64,000 nt of DNA, from positions 1,446 through 65,445 of the IMG/VR virus record IMGVR_UViG_3300021962_008356. The stretch is one strand, 5' to 3'. This stretch comes from a virus. Its lineage: Duplodnaviria; Caudoviricetes. The translations under genes and the position numbers were made by a program. The notes under the pieces are model-generated. The model worked only from the letters and a program-made list of their open reading frames with translations, did not search any database and was not told where the DNA came from. Every line of letters starts with the position of its first letter. The stretch's first letter is position 1. Positions 31,009-38,278 of the stretch are shown here, in pieces.

Positions 31009-31731
31009 CACTGATTTCCAGTAGTCTAGTGATTTGTATCCGACCCTTGGAAAAAATTGGTTGTTCAAGCTCAAATATCGGTTTGGTAAGTGATGAACGA
31101 GGTGGTTATCTACATCGTTTATTGGTATGAATTTTGTGTAGTTGCTAATGTACAAAAACGATCTGGCGGTGCATTGAACATCATACCTTTCTGTGCTGTA
31201 TGGTTCGATTGGTAGCTTGCAACGTTCTAATCTGCGACTGTCAATCATATAGCAAGCAGAGTGTACGTTTAGTGGTACAAAATAAGGCATCTGGTCAAAG
31301 ATTGCTTTTTTTTCTATAAACTGCTGACCAAGAAGCACAGATTGTATGTATATTGTGTCAGCCTCATCTTTTTCATATACTAAAAAACCAGGCAACAAAT
31401 CATCGCTCACTGACTCCCACTTGATGTACTGTCGAATGTTTTCTGCGGTTATCAATATATCGTCGTCCGACTCAATGATGTAATCGTAATATGGATGTTT
31501 TGTTTTTACATACGAATAGTTTGACCATGCATGAAATTCGCCACTCAACTGTTCTGGATTGCAAGTAACATTCAACTCGTTTTTCTCAAACGTGTGAGAA
31601 TAGTTGCAAGCCAATACAACATCAATTTTAGCATTCAACGTTTGTTGTATAGAATTGTATTCATTCAACAGTTGTTGAACATATGGAATTTTATTGGGAA
31701 AGTAAGATGTTATTGATACCAGTAAGCGCAT
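30991..31731 (-). CDS. GT-A-like protein
   Basis: YDYIIESDDD, LVHHLPNRY. Confidence 0.55.
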   Translation of the reverse strand: MRLLVSITSYFPNKIPYVQQLLNEYNSIQQTLNAKIDVVLACNYSHTFEKNELNVTCNPEQLSGEFHAWSNYSYVKTKHPYYDYIIESDDDILITAENIRQYIKWESVSDDLLPGFLVYEKDEADTIYIQSVLLGQQFIEKKAIFDQMPYFVPLNVHSACYMIDSRRLERCKLPIEPYSTERYDVQCTARSFLYISNYTKFIPINDVDNHLVHHLPNRYLSLNNQFFPRVGYKSLDYWKSVLHSEN

Positions 31732-31732
31732 A

Positions 31733-32332
31733 TTATATGTTTATTCTTACATTGTAGCGAACGTGATTGAATCTACAAAATGGCATGTTCCAGTCTTGAA
31801 TCGTCACGTCGTTGGAAAACTTGTGAAAAAAATCTTTGTGATAAAACTGAATGTTTGTTTGTGATGGATCAATAGATTGGTGCTCGGTGATTTTGTCAGT
31901 ATTTGGTACATCAAAGAAACACACAGATTTGGTTGCGATGCTGAGTGCCTTTTTGATAAATTGGTCTACTTTTTCAGAATCTATGTATTGTAGAACACTA
32001 AACCCAATCACTGTGTCAAACTTTTGATCAAACTCAATATCCAAAAAGTTGCCGCATCTAACCTCCATATTGTAGTATAAATGAAGATCATCAATGTGTT
32101 TTGGAGCAAAATCAACACCCACTTTGTAGCTACCCGGAAGCGATCTTAATAACATACCAGTGCCACATCCTACATCCAAAACCATGCTGTTTGAATCTAG
32201 TTGTGCAAAGTGTTTAACAAATGGAATCCTAAGATCATTAAAAGCGGTGTCGATGCTTTCCCAACCGTTGAGTTTTAATTCGTCAATTAGTTGTGGTGCA
32301 GATGAACCATTAAAACATGGGGTGCTGGTCAT
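31733..32332 (-). CDS. class I SAM methyltransferase
   Basis: VLDVGCGTG, GVDF, FSVLQY; start moved to ATG 32332. Confidence 0.85.
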   Translation of the reverse strand: MTSTPCFNGSSAPQLIDELKLNGWESIDTAFNDLRIPFVKHFAQLDSNSMVLDVGCGTGMLLRSLPGSYKVGVDFAPKHIDDLHLYYNMEVRCGNFLDIEFDQKFDTVIGFSVLQYIDSEKVDQFIKKALSIATKSVCFFDVPNTDKITEHQSIDPSQTNIQFYHKDFFHKFSNDVTIQDWNMPFCRFNHVRYNVRINI

Positions 32333-32387
32333 AATACAATACTTATAAGTAGAAAAGTCATATGCTAATTTATAGTTTGTTACGACC

Positions 32388-33038
32388 ATGATACCAAAGA
32401 TCATACATTTTATATGGGTTGGTCCAAACCTACTACCAGAAGTATGTGCTGGATACATTTCAGAATGGACACAAGCATATAGTGATTACACAATAAAACT
32501 GTGGACTGATTCTGATATTGCTGATGCTGGTTTGATAACATCCGAATTGAAAAGTTTGTACGATGATCCTACGATGCCATGTGCGTTCAAAGCAGATGTG
32601 GCACGATACGCAATAGTAAACAAATTTGGCGGAATTTATTTAGACACCGATTTTCAATTTTTGAAAAGAATACCATCTGAGCTTTTTGAGCATGACTTTT
32701 TGGGAGGTATACAAAACAATGGACAAATTGCTATTGGGTTTTTTGCTGCAATACCCAACACTGATTTGTTGAATGAGGTGATTGAACAATTACCATATAG
32801 TTTTAATCGTGCAAAAGACTTGGGTTGGTATCAAGCAAAATACTTGGAAAAAATAAGCGGACCAGAATTTTTTGACGCAATTGCTCGAAAATATACAAAC
32901 TACAAAAACTATCTATTTTTTGACAGTACATACTTATATCCGTACAGTTGGTTGGAACCACATAGACAATCAGAGAGTTTTTGTGTGACACAGCCACAAG
33001 CGTATGCGGTACATCATTGGCACAAAACTTGGAAATAA
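32388..33038 (+). CDS. GT32 (Och1-like) glycosyltransferase
   Basis: MIPKIIHFIW, ADVARY, GGIYLDTD, SGP, AVHHW..TW. Confidence 0.92.
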   Translation: MIPKIIHFIWVGPNLLPEVCAGYISEWTQAYSDYTIKLWTDSDIADAGLITSELKSLYDDPTMPCAFKADVARYAIVNKFGGIYLDTDFQFLKRIPSELFEHDFLGGIQNNGQIAIGFFAAIPNTDLLNEVIEQLPYSFNRAKDLGWYQAKYLEKISGPEFFDAIARKYTNYKNYLFFDSTYLYPYSWLEPHRQSESFCVTQPQAYAVHHWHKTWK

Positions 33039-33041
33039 CAT

Positions 33042-34013
33042 ATGAGCAAATTTTTGATTACGGGAATAAGCGGTTTCGTCGGTCCAAATCTAGCAAACAT
33101 TTTGTTGGCAAATGAACACGAAGTTCATGGCGTTATTCGATCCACACATGGACGAGAAACAGATCTGTTGGATACAATTAACGAAAATAACCTAAATCAA
33201 ATCAAGTTTCATTATCTGGATTTGAAAGACCGTGAAGATGTTCGTAATTTGTTGGCCAAGGAGAAATATGACGGCATTTTTCATTTGGCTGCACAAAGTC
33301 ATCCACCAACCAGTTTTTCCAATCCCATACTGACCTTTAATGAAAACGTGGTTGCTTCGATGAACATTATCACACATTGTGGAGATAGTAAGTTGATGTT
33401 CTGCTCCACCAGCGAAGTGTATGGTAATCAATGTGCAGTTGATGGTGTACTAAAAGAAACTGATTCTCTCAAACCATGCAATCCATACGGATGTAGCAAA
33501 GCCGCAATAGACTTGTATCTACAAGAACGTATGGATAACAAGTTTGTTAATGCATACATAACCAGAGCATTCAGTCATACGGGAATTCGTCGTGGTAAGA
33601 TTTTCAGCATTTCCAGCGATGCATATCAAATTGTCAAAATCAAAAAGGGATTGCAAGCACCAAAGTTGGAAGTTGGTAATTTGTTGTCACGCCGTACTGT
33701 TATGGATGTGCGTGATTGCGCTAATGCATATTATCAATTGATGCTTACCGATAAGTCGTCTGGACAAGTCTATAACGTAGGCTCTGAAGAAATTCATGAA
33801 ATGGGTTATTTTACGGAAACGTTGCTGGGAATTGCGAAGATCGATGCTAAGGTTGATCTTGTGGTATCACCAAAACTCTACAGACCAATCGATATTAATG
33901 TTCAAAAACCAGATATTAGCAAGCTGAAAACAGATATTGATTGGAAACAACAATACACGTTGCAAGAAACCTTGCAGTCATTGTATGATTACTGGTACAA
34001 GAAAATCAATTGA
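33042..34013 (+). CDS. GDP-sugar SDR enzyme (Rmd/Gmd-like)
   Basis: TGISGFVG, HLAAQS, STSEVYG, YGCSK, RAFSHTG. Confidence 0.85.
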   Translation: MSKFLITGISGFVGPNLANILLANEHEVHGVIRSTHGRETDLLDTINENNLNQIKFHYLDLKDREDVRNLLAKEKYDGIFHLAAQSHPPTSFSNPILTFNENVVASMNIITHCGDSKLMFCSTSEVYGNQCAVDGVLKETDSLKPCNPYGCSKAAIDLYLQERMDNKFVNAYITRAFSHTGIRRGKIFSISSDAYQIVKIKKGLQAPKLEVGNLLSRRTVMDVRDCANAYYQLMLTDKSSGQVYNVGSEEIHEMGYFTETLLGIAKIDAKVDLVVSPKLYRPIDINVQKPDISKLKTDIDWKQQYTLQETLQSLYDYWYKKIN

Positions 34014-34742
34014 TCAATAATCGACAAACTTCCACGGCTTGTTTAGCTTTGGTGACAAGAACGGCGTACTATAACATTTGTTTCGTAGTTTGTGTAAAAA
34101 AATGTTTTTGGTGGTCAGGTTTAGTTTGTCTGCAAAATTATAGAACGAGCTATCCATCACATGAATCTCAGCAGCGTGTATAATCGTGTACTTGTACAAA
34201 AAAGGATTTGGTATTTTGTGAGGTACAAACACGGGAATTGTTTTGTCCAAGATATGTGATCTGTTTATCGTACCATGCCCACCTTCATGCAAAAAGACAT
34301 ATTTATCTGGTAGATTTAGCGATTTGTGATGTTGGATGCTTTCTTCCATATTAATGGGAATATAGAATTCATGATGGTCTGTATCCCAATCAAACCCAGC
34401 TTGTTTGTAAATGAGTCTATTGAATGGTGCAGTTATGTTTTCAACATCCACAACAAAACCTCCGTTTACAAATGACCCTGGAGTCATTAGATTGATAAAA
34501 TCAAATGAGTTTTGTTGTGCGTATTGTTTGGTGGTTGTTGCACAAGGAAGTCCACCAATCAGTTCATAATCCAATACTATATTAGATAGATCAGCAAACA
34601 TGATAGGCACAAACGATTTAGAATAATCGTTGTATATCACTCGCACAGTTTCATAGCGACGAGATAATATTCGTATTGTTGGGTTGACAATGATCCAATC
34701 TCCAAGCCCTTGAGCACAACACACAAAACAAGATTTATTCAT
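34014..34742 (-). CDS. putative glycosyltransferase (GLGD-type)
   Basis: QGLGD, AAEIHVMDSSF; start at ATG 34742. Confidence 0.55.
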   Translation of the reverse strand: MNKSCFVCCAQGLGDWIIVNPTIRILSRRYETVRVIYNDYSKSFVPIMFADLSNIVLDYELIGGLPCATTTKQYAQQNSFDFINLMTPGSFVNGGFVVDVENITAPFNRLIYKQAGFDWDTDHHEFYIPINMEESIQHHKSLNLPDKYVFLHEGGHGTINRSHILDKTIPVFVPHKIPNPFLYKYTIIHAAEIHVMDSSFYNFADKLNLTTKNIFLHKLRNKCYSTPFLSPKLNKPWKFVDY

Positions 34743-35629
34743 ATTTTGAACCAGTGATGTTTGTTGACAACGTAACTTTGCGCATTGATACACGACTTGC
34801 AAATGCTGCATTTTGACCAACCACCTTTTCGATTTTCTTTCATTAAATTGATCATTGTATCTGACAAGTACAATTCTTCATAGCTATGTGTTAGTAGATT
34901 TCCTATTATAGTGGTCAAGCCATAATCCATACAACACAGCACCACATCACCATTTGGCAAAACAACATTGTGGTCATAAAACGGAGTGCTTCTGCAAGTC
35001 ACTGGGTTAACGTGTTTGATGGCTTCTGCAACAAATGGTTTGTTTGTGTCGTTCAGTGAAAGACTTTCGGCTCGGGTATGACCATACCAAGTATCAAAAG
35101 GTAGCGGTAATGTTTTATAGCTCTCTAAAGACGGATGTAGTTCGTTGTTTTTATCCATCGTGATCACATCAAAATCAATCGTTTCACGAATTGTTTGTTG
35201 CTGTGTTTCCAAGAAAAGCTTTAGCGCATACTGATAGTTTTCATTGAACGACCATCCCCGCATGTTTTTGTTGGCGTCTGGCAGATGAATACACAACTTG
35301 GCTATTTTAGTTTTGTACGTGAGTATTGCTTCGTACAAATAATCAGCATCTTGTTTGGTCATGCCCACTAGAGTTGTGTAGATTGCAACATCATATCCCG
35401 ACTCCAAAGTATGTTTTAGCATTTGAGTGCAGTCTGAGTTGCTCCATGGTTCTGACATACCAGAAAAATCGATACGAACGTGTTTTGGTATTTTAGAAAG
35501 AATCTGAGAGAAGCTATCAAAACTCAAACATTTTATCGGGCTTGAATACACCGATTTCAACAATGTTTGAGGGCATACTGTACAATTGACTGGACATCCC
35601 AAAGTCGTGGTAATTTCTAATGTGGGCAT
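34739..35629 (-). CDS. radical SAM protein with SPASM/twitch domain
   Basis: CPVNCTVC; C-terminal C..NGDVVLCC..IGNL..CSICKSC. Confidence 0.92.
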   Translation of the reverse strand: MPTLEITTTLGCPVNCTVCPQTLLKSVYSSPIKCLSFDSFSQILSKIPKHVRIDFSGMSEPWSNSDCTQMLKHTLESGYDVAIYTTLVGMTKQDADYLYEAILTYKTKIAKLCIHLPDANKNMRGWSFNENYQYALKLFLETQQQTIRETIDFDVITMDKNNELHPSLESYKTLPLPFDTWYGHTRAESLSLNDTNKPFVAEAIKHVNPVTCRSTPFYDHNVVLPNGDVVLCCMDYGLTTIIGNLLTHSYEELYLSDTMINLMKENRKGGWSKCSICKSCINAQSYVVNKHHWFKI

Positions 35630-35645
35630 ACCCTATATATACGAT
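35630..35645. promoter_or_regulatory. 16-bp divergent intergenic element with TATATATA core
   Basis: cat-ACCCTATATATACGAT-atg; nTATATAT lies 5 nt from ATG on each strand. Confidence 0.6.
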
Positions 35646-36281
35646 ATGGTCAACGGTTTATTTCAAAAAGTGTATGTTATCACATGCGAGTCGTTTTTTA
35701 CACGACAAACCTATATTAGCCAACATTTTGCACAAAATAACATTCAGTTTGAGTTTCGTAGTGCGGTACAAACATCCGCCATCAAATCATCAATGATTAG
35801 TGACTCCGAAGCAAGCTTGGTGTTGGCGCATTTACATTGTATAGTTGATGCCAAGCTAAACAAATACAATCAAATATTAATATGCGAAGACGACGTTGAA
35901 TTGTGTGATGATTTTAACCAGAAACTCGACAGCTTTATTGAACAAGTTCCCGTTGATTGGCAGTTTCTACAGTTGGGAAATCAATACTGGGCGACTCACT
36001 GGTTAACCAGAGATTACATAAAACCAAACTTGTATAGGTTTCGTTGGGGTACGGGATCGCACTGTGTTGCAATAAAAAACACAGCATATGATAACTCTAT
36101 CAACATTTTGAGCAAGTTGTCATCACCCGTTGATTTGCTTTACTACGAATTGTTTTCAAAGCTCAACTGTTATTGTCCAGAGCAATTTTTGGCTGATGCT
36201 CTTTCAAAAAATGATCATCTACAACACAGCGACAAAAAGTATATTTTCGACAGTTCAATTATTCACAAGAATGTTGATTGA
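35646..36281 (+). CDS. GT25-like glycosyltransferase
   Basis: VYVI, ILICEDD, WQFLQLG, GSHC, PVD; start at ATG 35646. Confidence 0.75.
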   Translation: MVNGLFQKVYVITCESFFTRQTYISQHFAQNNIQFEFRSAVQTSAIKSSMISDSEASLVLAHLHCIVDAKLNKYNQILICEDDVELCDDFNQKLDSFIEQVPVDWQFLQLGNQYWATHWLTRDYIKPNLYRFRWGTGSHCVAIKNTAYDNSINILSKLSSPVDLLYYELFSKLNCYCPEQFLADALSKNDHLQHSDKKYIFDSSIIHKNVD

Positions 36282-36364
36282 TAAATATGGACGATTAACT
36301 CTATTTATATGGGTCGAGTGTTTGGTTTTTTACATCAAACCACAATTGTCAAATATTTATAAGT

Positions 36365-36871
36365 ATGTCAAGATTACAAGAACTTGGAGACACTGGCGAT
36401 AGAATGATGCAAGGGCTTCCTTATGGACAAGGTGGAGCGGTCACTGGTGCATCCAATGTAGACACTTTCAGTAGCCCGGACGTGGCACAAGATCCAAATC
36501 ATTTTGGTAGTCTTCTTGACAAAAGCAAAATCACAGCAAGTGAAAAGCAATCGGTACAAACCATTGCACCATTTAGTCCATACAACGGTCAAGATCCTTG
36601 GGACTATGTTCGTGACGTTGAGCAAATCAAGTATAAAGTAACGCCAGATGAAGTGATTTGCGGCATGGACTATGAAATGAAAAAGATGGTGCTCAAAGAT
36701 CGTCAAGTGGCTAGAAGCAACGTTGTAAAGAATCTCAAGAAAGATCCAAAATACTACAGCAAGCTGCATATGATGGGTGTGTATCCAGATGAAAAAAGCG
36801 AAGCCATCATGGAAGTAATGACACATCTCAAGGCTCGTAAGTATGCATTGAAACGCAACGAATATTTCTGA
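36365..36871 (+). CDS. DUF5661-related protein
   Basis: G..YE...NLKKDPKYYSKL resembles DUF5661 core of 37079 gene. Confidence 0.55.
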   Translation: MSRLQELGDTGDRMMQGLPYGQGGAVTGASNVDTFSSPDVAQDPNHFGSLLDKSKITASEKQSVQTIAPFSPYNGQDPWDYVRDVEQIKYKVTPDEVICGMDYEMKKMVLKDRQVARSNVVKNLKKDPKYYSKLHMMGVYPDEKSEAIMEVMTHLKARKYALKRNEYF

Positions 36872-36875
36872 AATC

Positions 36876-37082
36876 ATGAGCAACAACTTTGTCAACTCTC
36901 AAAAGCCACAATATCGTAAACCAGGCAAGCTGCCTGCTGACTGGAACTATGTTGGTGATGGCAAGCTGCACGATCCTATTATTGGCAATCCAGCTATGCA
37001 TGGTCGTAGATGGATGATCGATTTTGGTTATGGTAGCGGCAAAAGTTTTGATAAGTTTCAACAATCACTGAAAAAACAATGA
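36876..37082 (+). CDS. hypothetical protein
   Basis: Coupled small ORF. Confidence 0.6.
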   Translation: MSNNFVNSQKPQYRKPGKLPADWNYVGDGKLHDPIIGNPAMHGRRWMIDFGYGSGKSFDKFQQSLKKQ

Positions 37083-38269
37083 TCGACAATCTCGTAAAAG
37101 ACAAAAAACTTCCAGGTGGAAAAGGCGACTTGACACGACCAGATCAAGTTGATCCAGCACAACTAGCTACTGGCATTCAAGTTGAAATGGAGCACACCAA
37201 TGATCCTAGCGTTGCTGAAGAAATTGCATTGGACCATCTTACCGAAGATCCAGAATATTATACCAAGTTGATCAAGGCTGGTTTGGCTGATGAATTTGGT
37301 GGATCTTCAAGCTCTGGTTTGGGAGATCCAGATCAAAGCTTTAATGATCCAGCCAGAGTTGGCGAAGATGGTGTTACACCAGGTAACATCAAAGGAAAAA
37401 TTGGTGGCACAAGCAATGGTCAAGTAATTGGTAGAGCAAGCACACCAATAGTTGATAAAAGCACCAATCCATTTGATGGTGATGGAAATTGTAAACAAAA
37501 CAAAACAATTGACATTGAGCTACAAGAACGCAAGAAAAAGATTCGTAGCATCATCGACAAAGTGCGTGAGGGCAGCATCGGAAATGGTGTTGACCGCAAC
37601 CCTATTCAAGTTTTCGACGGTCCATCTCCTGCTGAAACAAGTCCCGAAGGTTTGGGAACATTTGGTAGTGGATATGATTTTGTCGGATATGCAGAAAACA
37701 AACAATATATGAAACAACAAAGACTACAAGAAATTATCAAGGCTTTGTCTCGCAAGTCATTGCGTGAACAAGACGAAGAAGGTGCTCTTGATGCACCAGA
37801 AACTCCATCCCCAGAAGGTCCAGAAGGAGTGGATGCTCCAGAAACCGCCGAAGTTGAAGATCAAATCACTTTGACAATTGATCGTGCAACTGCACAAAAG
37901 CTACATGATCTTTTGATGCAAGTTCTTCAACCTTCTGGTGGCGAAGGTGAAGCACCAACCGAAACTGACGATCAACTTCCTCCAGGCGGCGAAGCTGGAG
38001 AAGGACCAGTTGCTGATGGTGGCGACGAGGGATCTGAAGAATCTGCAATTGGTGAAATCACCTTTGAGCAATCCAAGGATATTGATGAAGCCAAGAGCAA
38101 ATGGATTCAAAAGGCAATCAGCAAGAAGGGTGCTTTGCACAAGCAACTAAATGTTCCTGCTGGTGAAAAGATTCCAAAGAGCAAGCTCAAAGCAGCCGCA
38201 GAAAAAGGTGGCAAGCTTGGCAAACGTGCTCGTCTAGCAATGACGTTGAGCAAGCTCAAGAAGAAGTAA
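37079..38269 (+). CDS. modular protein: DUF5661 domain, acidic linker, basic C-terminal module
   Basis: GIQVEMEHT..IALDHL.EDP.YYTKL; E/P/G-rich region; KWIQKAI..GALHKQL...RARLA. Confidence 0.7.
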   Translation: MIDNLVKDKKLPGGKGDLTRPDQVDPAQLATGIQVEMEHTNDPSVAEEIALDHLTEDPEYYTKLIKAGLADEFGGSSSSGLGDPDQSFNDPARVGEDGVTPGNIKGKIGGTSNGQVIGRASTPIVDKSTNPFDGDGNCKQNKTIDIELQERKKKIRSIIDKVREGSIGNGVDRNPIQVFDGPSPAETSPEGLGTFGSGYDFVGYAENKQYMKQQRLQEIIKALSRKSLREQDEEGALDAPETPSPEGPEGVDAPETAEVEDQITLTIDRATAQKLHDLLMQVLQPSGGEGEAPTETDDQLPPGGEAGEGPVADGGDEGSEESAIGEITFEQSKDIDEAKSKWIQKAISKKGALHKQLNVPAGEKIPKSKLKAAAEKGGKLGKRARLAMTLSKLKKK

Positions 38270-38278
38270 TCTAGATAT

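Noticed and set aside
9114-36281. Bacterial O-antigen/capsule locus or chimeric contig
   Set aside because: No wzx/wzy/wza/ABC genes, it directly follows the phage clamp loader, it shares the upstream TATTTAT-type element, and a paralog lies elsewhere in the phage (61670); read-level confirmation is still advisable
9114-36281. DNA hypermodification as the island's main role
   Set aside because: No hydroxymethylase, TET/JBP or base-kinase gene in the window, and the GT diversity exceeds known DNA glycosylation systems; not excluded for individual GTs
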